DNA from: Neoechinorhynchus agilis
Lineage: Eukaryota; Animalia; Acanthocephala
Direction: 5' to 3'
NCBI GenBank assembly: GCA_051530055.1
Contig: CM121342.1
Location: 186,001 to 250,000 of the forward strand
Length of the DNA: 64,000 nucleotides
Of this stretch, positions 1 to 10,739 are shown in pieces; positions within the stretch are counted from its first letter, which is position 1, and the number at the start of each line of letters is the position of its first letter. Under the pieces are notes generated by a model, which saw only the letters and a list, made by a program, of their open reading frames with translations, searched no databases and had not been told where the DNA came from. A program made the translations under genes and the position numbers.

Positions 1-1541
1 ATCAATGACGTGATATCCGAGAAAAACATAGACTTGCGCTTACAAATTCCATATTACTGAGAACCCAGTGTTCGGTTGGTCAGAATGATAAATCGCACAA
101 AGCGAGACTTCCCTTCTATTCCAGTTAATGAACTAAAATCCGAGAAAAACATAGACTTGCGAGTGCAAATTATATATTACTGAGACGCAAGTGTTCGGTT
201 GGTCAGAATGATAAATCGCACAGAGCGAGACTTCCCTTCTATTGCAGTCAATGCACTAAAATCCGAGAAAAAACGTAGACTTGCGCACACAAATTCAAAA
301 TTACTGACGCAAAAGTTCGGTTGGTCAGAATGAAAAATCGCACAAAGCGAGAGATATTTTCTATACCAATCAATGACCTGATATCCGAGAAAAACATAGA
401 CTTGCGCGTGCAAATTCCATATTACGGAGAACCCAATGATCGGTAGGTCAGAATGATAAATCGCATAAAGCGAGACTTCCCTTCTCTTCCAGTCAATGCA
501 CAAAAATCCGAGAAAAAGATAGACTTGCGCATACAAATTCAATATTACAAAGACCCCAGTGTTCAATTGGTTAGAATGATATATCGCACAAATCGATACT
601 TATCTTCTATTCCAGTTAATGAACTAAAATCCGAGAAAAACATAGACTTGCGCGTGCAAATTCCATATAATTAAGATCCCCGTGTTCGGTTGCTCAGAAT
701 GAAAAATCGCACAGCGAGATTTCCCTTCTATTTCAGTAAATGCACTAAAATTCGAGAAAAACGTGGACTTGGCCGCACAAATTCCATATTACTGAGACGC
801 AAGTGTTCGGTTGGTCAGATTGATGAATCGCACAAAGCAGGATTTATTTTCAATTCCAATCAATGACCTGATATCCGAGAAAAACATAGACTTGCGCTTA
901 CAAATTCCATATTACTGAGAACCAAGTGTTCGGTTGGTGAGAATGATAAATCGAACAAAGCGAGACAGCCCTTCAATTCCAGTCAATGAACTAAAATCCG
1001 AGAAAAACATAGACTTGCGAGTGCAAATTATATATTACTGAGACGCAAGTGTTCGGTTGGTCAGAATGATAAATCGCACAGAGCGAGACTTCCCTTCTAT
1101 TGCAGTCAATGCACTAAAATCCGAGAAAAAACGTAGACTTGCGCACACAAATTCAAAATTACTGACGCAAAAGTTCGGTTGGTCAGAATGATAAATCGCA
1201 CAAAGCGGGATTTATTTTCTATTCCAATCAATGACCTGATATCCGAGAAAAACATAGACTTGCGCGTGCAAATTCCATATTACTGAGACGCAAGTGTTCG
1301 GTAGGTCAGATTGATAAATCGCACAAAGCGGGATTTATTTTCTATTCCAGTCTATGACCTGATATCCGAGAAAAACATAGACTTGCGCGTGCAAATTCCA
1401 TATTACTGAGACGCAAGTGTTCGGTTGCTCAGAATGATAAATCACACAAAGCGAGACTTCCCTTCTATTCCAGTCAATGCACTAAAATCCGAGAAAAACG
1501 TAGACTTGCGCACACAAATTCCAAATTACTGTGACGCAAGT
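1..1541. repeat. Tandem satellite, ~122-bp monomer, about 12.5 copies
   Basis: The CCGAGAAAAA anchor recurs every ~122-123 bp (17, 139, 263, 385, 508, 631...). The short ORFs here are repeat by-products. Confidence 0.95.
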
Positions 1542-3030
1542 CACCGAGAATGTACTTACTTGCTAAAGTACATTAATATCCAGTCAAATTTCGTCCCATA
1601 GTTGCAGCTCATTCCACCTTTTGCACTGCTATATCCCGACGGATTGCTAGTATGCTCCGTAGTACATTAGGGAGCTCTGTTCACGGTGTGATGAATGGAA
1701 GGGATATTATTACAAAACTTCGATCGGAATGGAAACCAAACTGTAAAATGCTTTCAGCTGATGTGACTTCACTTTTCACGAAAATCCCGATCAATCGAAC
1801 AATTGAGTTGGCCATTCCGCTTCTCCTTCTAAACAATGAATGGAAGCTAACCAAGACCGACTGGAAGGGGCTCTTAGAGTTCTGTACCAAGTCTGTCAAT
1901 TTCCAGTTCGACGGAAGGGATTTCCAACAGAAAAATGGAGTGGCGATGGGAAGTCCTCTTGCTCCTGTCTTAGCGGAGGTATACATGAGACAATGGGAAT
2001 CGGATTTCTAAATTCCATTCCTGGTATCGTATTCTGGACCAGATACGTCGACGACACGTTCATTTTGATGGATCCATCTCTCGTGACGCCTGCAGATCTC
2101 CATATACAATTCAACACAAAAGACATGAACATCCAGTGGACGATGGAGGTTGAGGACCATGGTCATTTTTCATTTCTTGACGTTTCTATCCAACGGAGTG
2201 GATTACTTTACACGACAAGTGTATACAGAAAACGAGGAGTCCCAAACGGTTTCGTACCGTGGAATACCATGCAACCTCAGATGTACAAGGTGTCTAGAGT
2301 AAGACCCTTGTTTTATGGAGCCTTCACACATTGTAGTAATGAGCACATACGAAATGAGGAGATCAAATATATCATCGAAAAGTCGGGGTCGCTGGGATAT
2401 CCCCTACACCTAGTGGAGAAGTGCCTCAAAGATGTCAAATACAGTTTCGGAAAATCGCCAACTATTAAAAAGGAGAAGATTTTTCTCGAAGTACCTTTCC
2501 TTGATAAAGTTTCATTTAGGAACATGAAAAGGACAATCAAGTATGCGAATGACGAGTTGGCGATCGAAGTTTTTTGCAGGAAAGGTAGAACTTTGAATAC
2601 GATCATCTCAAATATAAAAACGGAGCCACGACCTGAGTCGGTCTATAAGATCCTTTGCATGGACTGTGACGAAGTGTATGTCGGACAAACTATTAATATC
2701 TACAGACGAATCCGAGAACACAAATGTGCAGTTAGCAAAAAGAAGGATCTTAGCTCAGTAGTAGTCACGCATGTCATGAAAACTGGTCATCGAATCGATT
2801 TCAACAACACAAAGGTGTTGTCACGTAATCAGGATCGATTCGGACGATTGGTGATGGAAGCCAGTTGCATCAAATACCTTCCAACTTTCAAAGGTAACAA
2901 AGCGGACTACAAACTGAAACTCAGAATACCGCCAGATAAGGGGGAGTGGAAAAGCGATCGCAAAAAACCCTGACCTTTTCAGATTGACTGAAGAAGACCC
3001 ACGTGAGGGTCGAAATATTTCAATGGAATA
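1542..3030 (+). mobile_element. Penelope-like element (PLE), 5'-truncated, RT + GIY-YIG, one frameshift near 2005
   Basis: RT motifs PRMYLLAKVH, SADVTSLFT, GVAMGSPLAP and RYVDDTF, then GIY-YIG VYKILCMDCDEVYVGQT..RRIREH. A pLTR with a hammerhead lies at the 3' end. Confidence 0.92.
2983..3024 (+). ncRNA. Minimal type I hammerhead ribozyme in PLE pLTR
   Basis: ATTGA-CTGAAGA-A-GACCC acgtga GGGTC-GAA-ATAT-T-TCAAT: stem I ATTGA/TCAAT, stem II GACCC/GGGTC, palindromic stem III ATAT. Confidence 0.8.
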
Positions 3031-5010
3031 TTATTTGTACTACTTCCATTCTTTTTACAGAGCACTTTATTTTTCTAACACTAGCCAGCTTGCTAATGAG
3101 GTGTTTAAGGACGTTTCAATTAATGATTGCAAAATTCCGGCAAATGAGGTAGAGAGCTACTACCGAAATCTGTTTGAGAATCCTGAAGGTACCAATAGGA
3201 AACCGAGTGCAAATGAAGACAGGACAGCATCATGGACGCTCATGACTGCAGAGGAGGTCGACGCGGCTATGAAGGGAATAAAGTTCGCCAGTGCCTTAGG
3301 AGTTGATCGGGTGAGCACCCGTCAGATAAAAGCATTCGATAAAGTGATTATTGAACCGGTCATTCCATACAACATGGCGCTACAAATAGGAGGCCAACCC
3401 AACTCATAGGCACAAAATCGGACAATCCCGCTACTGAAAAATGGTGCGAATGAAGAAAAAAAGAGCTCGATCAGCGGGTGGAGACCTATTTCAATATCGT
3501 CAATATTGATGAGAATATTCCATCGGGTAATTCTCGCTCCTATGAGGAAACGCGTTGATCTGGATAGTAGCCAAACTGGTTCGAAAGTTAAGCATGCCAT
3601 ACGAACATTCTTGCTTTGAGATCAATTATACGCGCTTCACGTGCCGAGAGGAAGAAACTTGCGATGGCAGTACTCGATGTGAAAAGTGCGTTCGACTCAG
3701 TGTCACACGATACTCTTCAATCTTCCCTGAATGAGAAGCACAATGATTGTGTAACGAATCATTAAGTACTGAATACATTCAAATCAAGCTTTACAAGAAT
3801 ATACTGTCCAAAAGAGCCCCAAGAAAGCCCATTGGGTTCGATCGAGGTGTTAAACAGGGAGACCCACTCTCACCCTTGTTATTTGCGATTTGTATGGACG
3901 ATGTCCTCAGGGAGATCCGGAAAACAGGTTACGGATACCAAAACAAAAACACCTATGTCCCGCACATTTCATACGCGGACGATATTGTCCTGATTGGGAA
4001 CAATGAAGACGAATTAAAGGCAATGACGAGCATAACCGTCAATAAACTAAGCGAGAAAGGGCTTAAATTATCTCCAGAAAAATGTCGAACTTATTCACAA
4101 TATTACAGAAATGGTACACTGTGCGTTGGTAGTGTGCCTTTTGTATCAATCGATGGGATGAATATTAAACCCATATTAGAAGGTGACCCAGCATCCTACC
4201 TTGGTGGCACGCCTTGGTGAAAACCCAAGTTGAATGAGATACTTGCAAATCTCGATATTTTGTTCGACAAAACCAAATTTGCCCAACTATCACCAACACA
4301 AGCCGCTCATTTATTAAACGACTACGGACTTCCCAGTGTCATTGCAGACCTGCAGAATGTGGTGGACATGTCCATAAGCGATATAAGAAAAGTTGATGAG
4401 CATTAGAGGACCAAGTTAAAAAGATTATTATTTCTGCCCGCATATATAAACAACGGAGCAATAAACTTACCTCTTAGCAGGGGAGGTCTTGGCTTCCGCT
4501 CAATAGAGCATGAAGTGATGACATGCCGAATGCGCACACAAGAACAGCTTGGCCTAAAATATCCTAACTATCGGTCCATGGAACTACAATCAGTTCTGTG
4601 AACAACTACTTGAACTCTATTGGATCCGTTGATGGCGAATGATCGAAAAGTAGATTTTACACCCACCTCGAATCTAAGTGGAAAGAGGCGAAAACACAGG
4701 CAGGAGAGATTGACAACTTCACAAAGAGTCGATTAGATCGCCGGCTCTTGTCCTTTCGATACCGCCAAGGACCGCACGCATAATACAAAGAATTTGTAAA
4801 ACTACGGCTACAACTACTGGAAGTCCGCTATGTGATGACAAAAAATCGACAATCGCTGCAATCAGATATGTCGACACTGTCACACCATGAAGGAAACTTG
4901 CGCCCATGTTATAAACGGATGTGACAGTATGTCGAGAGCAATGACAGCGCGTCACGACGCAGTTCAGTGGCGCTTCACCTGGGCATACAAAAAGAAAAAG
5001 CTAGATGCAG
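3030..5010 (+). mobile_element. R2-superfamily non-LTR element, family D; degenerate, 5'- and 3'-truncated
   Basis: RALYFSNTSQLANEVF linker, GVKQGDPLSP, YADDI, LSPTQAAHLLNDY and the CCHC tail KETCAHVINGC..RHDAVQ, spread across frameshifts. Confidence 0.88.
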
Positions 5011-5011
5011 G

Positions 5012-6152
5012 CGCTCATCTTTAGATGACGCTCGTCATACTGATCAACATCAACATCAACGCCAACAGCATCAACCGAATAATCAACAGCGAACCAAGTG
5101 TGACCATCGACGAAGTAGCATTAATTGTACAAGCGATACGATGAGAATGAAGTACCCAATCAATCAAGTCGATAACCTTCTTTGCGTGACATGCAATCTC
5201 CGTTTGGTTGGGCAACCAAAGTTTAAGTTGCTTCTCAAACACCTCCATGGTACTCATGAATTTGCGGAGGTTACTTGGGTTTGTCCATATGTGGTCAGTT
5301 CGAGCATCGTGAGTCTCGTAGTGTCGGACTTCACTTTCGCGATGCAAATCAATTCAATGCGACAAAATCAGAAACTTAGTATTGAGAATTTCTAATCCTC
5401 TTACCAACGTTACAACGGCACCATCCGCAATTATCTTATACAAATCCGGATGGCAACAATCGACCACAACAGGACGAGAAGATGTCAGCATTCTACGGCC
5501 CAAGCTGAAACACAACTGCATGTGCTCAACAGCGGCCCCTACAGTCGAGGCAGGATGATAGAGCACCACGATGCCGTCCTAAATCGATTCCCATGGGTTC
5601 CAAACAAGAGATGGGGTTCTCGGTTTGAAGTTCCAATTGAGAATAGTACCCACGATCCTGGAGAGCAGGTGTAAAAACCGGATGCAATATTAGTCAATTA
5701 AAACGCACAAGAAGCGATCATAGTTGGCTTTGCCGTCTACTACGAAAATACAAATGAACGCACAGAAGAAATTATGACTGCGAAAGAGGATAAATATAAC
5801 GCAATTATAGAAGAGGTAACAATAAAGCTGGATTTTCCTCCTCAAAGCATTTCGACAATGGGAATCGCTGTCGGCTCAACAGGTAGCTATTCAAATGAAT
5901 TGACCAAGCGGCTAAAAAATTAAATTTGTTAATTAAAACCGCTTTGAAAATGGCTACAACTTCGGCAGAGAAGAGCTTAAATGACGTTCCACCTTTTCAT
6001 GACACGAAGCAGAAGAATCAATAATCTTTAAATAACAATGCATGGAACACAATTAAAATAAATGAAGAATCAGCTATAAAGAAATATGGAAAAAATTGAT
6101 CAAAAGTATTAAACCCGTGTGAAAGAACATATTTCCAAAATAAATGCATGCC
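5012..6152 (+). mobile_element. Internally deleted R2-like element (zinc fingers joined to CCHC-RLE, no RT) with 3' UTR
   Basis: LCVTC..HLHGTH and WVCP zinc fingers, then MATIDHNRTRRCQH..HHDAV, KPDAIL and AVGSTG RLE motifs. Ends AATAAATGCATGCC directly before 28S-like TAGC. Confidence 0.75.
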
Positions 6153-6184
6153 TAGCAAAAAACCTCGTCATCTAATTAGTGACG
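6153..6184 (+). pseudogene. 32-bp 28S fragment starting at the R2 site
   Basis: tagcaaaaaacctcgtcatctaattagtgacg matches TAGCCAAATGCCTCGTCATCTAATTAGTGACG at 58411. Confidence 0.85.
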
Positions 6185-6185
6185 T

Positions 6186-7500
6186 TTTGAATCATACGCC
6201 ACAGTCAAAACGCAGGTGTAAAGGGGCATTTGCGTATAAGAGCGTGGTGGATGAGCTAATCAACAATAATCGCCATCCAAGATACAGAAGATTTCTTGAG
6301 ATTTAGAGAGATATTCCCCGCCGATCGGAAGGCTCTATTGATAGGGGAAAATGCGTTTCCAATTATTTTCAAAAAATTACTCACGTTCATTGATGCTCCA
6401 AGATGCTACCAGTGGTCCTCTTTGCAAAGGTTAAAACAAACCATCAGCTCCAAAATCGCTCAATTCATCAGCAAACAAAACAGAACGATGCGCGGAATGT
6501 AGAAGCACCGATAGGGAACAGACAGCGATTAGCAATGTACAAAAAACGGAAGAAATTAGTCCGTGAAATTATTTTGCGCACGTTTAAATTTTTATCATCA
6601 TTTTTTAAATCGAAAAATTAGAAACAACATTTCTTTGAACTTTTCTCGCACTTAAGAGGTCGTTCTTTCAGCAATGTTTGCTTTCGTCTTTGTTTTTCTT
6701 TCCGAGCGTCCTGAGAAAATAATTTGTGAAAGAAGACGTGTAGTCTGCTTTCTCGAAGTGTTTTCAAATTTTTGTTTCTTATTTTATTCATCTCTAAAGT
6801 GTTTTTAATGCTCATTATTGAATTGACGGACAGTTTTAAGTCTCTTCAGATGAAAATTTACAATTGATTTTTAAAGGTGGTAGCATAAAAAATTCAATCA
6901 GATGGATTAGTTGGTTCTGTAATTAAAAACGTTAAAAACCACTTCGCTTTAAAAAAGAATGCAACGTTAAAAAATTTCAACCTAACTTATTTGCAGAAAA
7001 TGACTAACGGCCACCTTATCTTATAAACGTTCACTTAATCTCGGAGAAAAGATCCTAGTAAGGGCTAGGCATAGCATAAAAGCAATGACGCGGGTGAGTG
7101 CTTGTAAAGTTTGTCAGTCAAGGCTCTCGGAACAGGAAGAGAAGCTAACGACAGTGGTTGTTGATTAAAACGTTCAATGTTAAATGCATTGAACATTTAG
7201 TAGTGTTGGGTATAAACTTGACGATCGCGTTATTGAACGACACAAAATTATCCGCTAAAAAATGATGAGTAGATTTGTTGGTGATGTAGCGTAAAATGAG
7301 CAGCATCGTTGAACGTTGTCCCATCTTGCTTGGTGGATCCATGGCATGAAAATCTTGCAATAAAATTACAAAAGTTTACACAACAAAAGATTAGTTAACG
7401 AACTAACCGGCATACTTCTTAGGATCATTAAGAGTATCGGTTACCATCCAATTGTCCACACACCGTAACGCGGCGAAGACAAAAAAAAATTAAATAACGG
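6186..7500. repeat. Unclassified AT-rich dispersed repeat; homologous at ~21745-23120 and, inverted, at ~49930-51040
   Basis: Shared blocks, e.g. ttcacttaatctcggagaa..gatcc.agtaagggctaggcata at ~7030 and on the minus strand at ~50330-50375. Confidence 0.7.
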
Positions 7501-8450
7501 AAACAATGACGAAGTATCGAATTTATTATATTCGTGGAAAACTCAACAACATGAGATAAACCCTTGAAATTGAGAAGATATCTAAGGCCAAATTTACCGG
7601 AATCACAATTCCATTATTTTAAGTAGATGCATTGCGACATCAAGGAAACAGAATCAAACGTACTAACTTGCCCCAACGATTGATCTTAGCAATGAATAAT
7701 CTTAATCGAATTAAGGAGATACGTATCATGAAGTTGGACAAAGGCAGAAGTTTCTTTATTGTAGATGAAGAACACTATCATAGAATGGCTGCAGATATCT
7801 TATCGGGTCCAGAGTTCCGATCTAATAATATATGCCCACTACAAAACGAGAAAATATGTTCAACCAATATGTACTTGCACTAAAGAAGCATGGAAGGATA
7901 GACGAGAAAATATACCAAAAACATCGTTCCAACAACGGACTTACACCTAACATGTACTTATTGGCAAAAGTACATAAGCCCATTAGAGGCTGGGCCAATT
8001 ATTGCATCGCATTCTGCATATAATACGTAAACAGCTTGATATTGGCTACCATGTTAAGAAACTTAGTGCCTCCGGATGAGCACACCGTGTCATCTGGTGT
8101 GGTGTTCACAGGGAGATTGAAGGCGCTCGCATGTGCAGAATATAGAATGATTTTTGCTGATGTCAAACTTCGAAGGCGAGAGCTATGATCAAGTAGATGG
8201 ACTGTCCATGGGGAATGCGCGAATGGGAGGCTAGGAACGTTTCAAGCCTACCTGGTGTGAAGTTCCGGTAGAGAAACGTAGATGACACTTTTATCTTAGT
8301 CGATGAAATCACAGAACTGGCAAAGTTTGCCCACGTGCAGCGAATTAAAAGCACAGCAACATTCAATGGACAGTAGACGGAGAATCATAATGCAATCTTT
8401 TTTGGACGTTTCGATAACGCGACGTCGCAAATCGCATTTGCTATATTCGT
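7500..8450 (+). pseudogene. Decayed PLE reverse transcriptase
   Basis: KLDKGRSFFIVDEEHY, PNMYLLAKVHKP, YDQVDGLSMG and VDDTF in broken frames. Confidence 0.75.
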
Positions 8451-8454
8451 AAGA

Positions 8455-10330
8455 CGTCAACTGTTTTTTGTTACAATGCTCATCTATGTCTTTAGTTTAC
8501 CTATCGAAGTTCATAAACGAGACCAGAAATAAGTAATGACGGCGATTAAGCGGGTAAGACCTGAAAAGCTTTTTTCAGGTATTTCTGATGCGGTGATTTC
8601 AAAGATGTTATCGAATTTTCTTGACATTTGCAGATTTAGCGATCTTTCACGTTTGTGACTTTAGACGAATTAAACAAATGTGATTTGCGACGTTAATACG
8701 AAAGCCAACAATATACAATAGTATCTATTTCGTACTTCTCGACGCGCTAACTCGTAATCTGTTTTCAGATTTGCGATAGCTGCGGTAGTTGTTTAGTAAT
8801 TCATCTTTAAGTTTTCCGGCAAACAACGTATATTATTGATATTAAAAAAATTATTAATTTATGTTTAAATAACTTTTTCCTATATATACTTTGAACGCGT
8901 ATTTCACCTGCATGCATTTTTTCTGCTATGCTCATCGGTGTCTTTTGTTTAACCATTAAAGTTCATAAATGACACCCGAAACAAATAACAACGGTGATTC
9001 AGCGGGTAAGACCTAAAAAGCTTCTTTGGGTATTTCTGATGCGGTGCTTGCAATGATGTAATTGAATTTTGTTGACGTTTTTAAAATTTAATGATCTTTC
9101 ACGTTTATGACTATTGATGAATTGAACAAATTCAATTTGCGGCTTTATTGCGAAAGCTAGCAATATACAGTATGGTTCGTTTGGTACTTCTCGGCGCGCT
9201 AACTCAAAATCTGTTTTCAGATTTTAGATATCTGAAATAGTTCTTTAGTTATTCGTCTTTCAATTATTTGGCAAACAACCGTGATTATTGATATCAAAAC
9301 ATCAAATAATTTATAATTAAATAACTTTTTCTCTATCAACTTTTAACGCTAGTTACACGTGTATACACTGTTTTTTGTTTCTATGTTCATCTTTGTTTTT
9401 TCTTTACCTGTTGAACTTCATAAAAGCCACAAAAATCAAATAGTAATAATAAGGATTAAGCTGGTAAGACATAATAAGCTTTTTCGGGTATTTCTGATGC
9501 GGTGCTTACGCGGCAATGCCGCGGCCATCAAGGAAGCTGCCGAACAAACATAACATTTGAAGACAAGAATTAAACAAGAGTTTGTCAAACTCATTTTATT
9601 TTATATTTATAATTAAATAACTTTTTCTCCATCAACTTTCAACGCTGATTACACCTGCATATACTGTTTTTAGTTTCTATGCTTATCTATGTCTTTAGAT
9701 TACCTATTGAAGTTCACACAAGACACCAGAAATAAACAATAACGGCGATTAAGCGGGTAAGACATGAGAAGTTTTTTGGGTACTTCTGATGCGGTGATTT
9801 CATTGATGTTATTTAATCTTGTTGACGTTATCAAACTGTATGATCTTCAACGTTTATGACTTTACACTAATTTAACAAATGTTATTTGATTCATAAGTAC
9901 CAAAGGTAGCCATTATACGGTATTGTCCGTTGAGTACTCTCGACGCTGCGCGCTAATTCTAAATATGTTTTCAGATTTGCGATAGCTGCAACATTTCTCG
10001 AATTATTCGTCTTTCCTATTGTGGACAAAAAACCGTGATTTTTTATATCAAAACATAAATGAATTTATAATTAAATAACTTTTCCTTGATAAAATTTTAA
10101 CGCGGATTTCACTTGCATATACCGGTTTTCGTTGCTACGCCCATCTTGGTCTTAAGTTTACCTATTGAAGTCTACAAAAGACACGACAAATTAATAATAA
10201 GAGCGATTAAGCGAGTAAGAATTTGCAACCTTTTTTGGGTGTTTCTGATGCGGTAATTCCATTAATGTTATTCAATTTTTTTGACGTTATAAAATTTGAT
10301 GATCTTTCACGTTTATGACTATTTGGGTTG
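8455..10330. repeat. Tandem repeat, ~450-bp unit, about 4-5 diverged copies
   Basis: The attaagcgggtaagac..tttctgatgcggt anchor recurs at ~8545, 9000, 9460, 9750 and 10207. Confidence 0.85.
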
Positions 10331-10439
10331 TTTCTTGGCGTAGAAATAAAAATGATTTTATTTTTTAATTTTTTAAATCCGATATTTGGGCTCAATCTTG
10401 TGCCATTATCAAGGTCTAAAAATTACGTCGGGAATTGAT

Positions 10440-10727
10440 CAATATTCACTGTCCTAAGATTGAGCCTAAAGTCCGCCTTATTCGCTGCCCAAATGGTGGC
10501 GTTTGTTGTGCGAAATGATTGAGTATTGCGGAACTAGCATCGGTACCTCTCTTCTGAGTATACTTGTGTTCTTTAAACATCTGATGAGGAGTAAGCACGC
10601 GTCCCGGCGAAAGGGGAATAACTATGGACTTGGAAAGTTCAAGGAAGTTCTTCGTAGATTTTGGGAAAGTCATAGTTAAGTCTGCCATTTACCCGCGCTT
10701 AGCTTTGATTTCCTTCTTTCAGAATTC
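10440..10727 (-). mobile_element. Isolated 5' end of an R2-like family: 28S-derived leader (10669-10727) plus 5' UTR
   Basis: Minus strand GAAGGAAATCAAAGCTAAGCGCGGGTAAATGGCAGACTTAACTATGAC resembles 28S just upstream of the R2 site and is followed by TTTCCCAAAA non-rDNA sequence. Confidence 0.65.
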
Positions 10728-10739
10728 CCGATACCTCGA

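Noticed and set aside
177-674. ORFs in the satellite and IGS subrepeats (also 60488-61198)
   Set aside because: Their periodic peptides simply mirror the DNA repeat.
1-1541. Regularly spaced repeats as a possible CRISPR array
   Set aside because: Whole monomers are homologous, with no unique spacers and no cas genes, in a eukaryotic context.
8540-8560. TTAAGCGGGTAA in each 450-bp monomer resembling 28S TTAAGCGCGGGTAA
   Set aside because: Short, needs a gap and lies in AT-rich context; not distinguishable from chance by eye.
9901-9912. AAGGTAGCCA, a 10-nt match to the R2 cut site, in the 450-bp repeat
   Set aside because: Present in only one monomer type (other monomers read aaagccaac or aaagctagc), so it is compatible with chance.
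10581-10614. CTGATGA...GAAA hammerhead-like core on the plus strand
   Set aside because: No closing stem II, and the unit-2 copy lacks GAAA. The bases are better explained by the minus-strand 5' UTR pairing.
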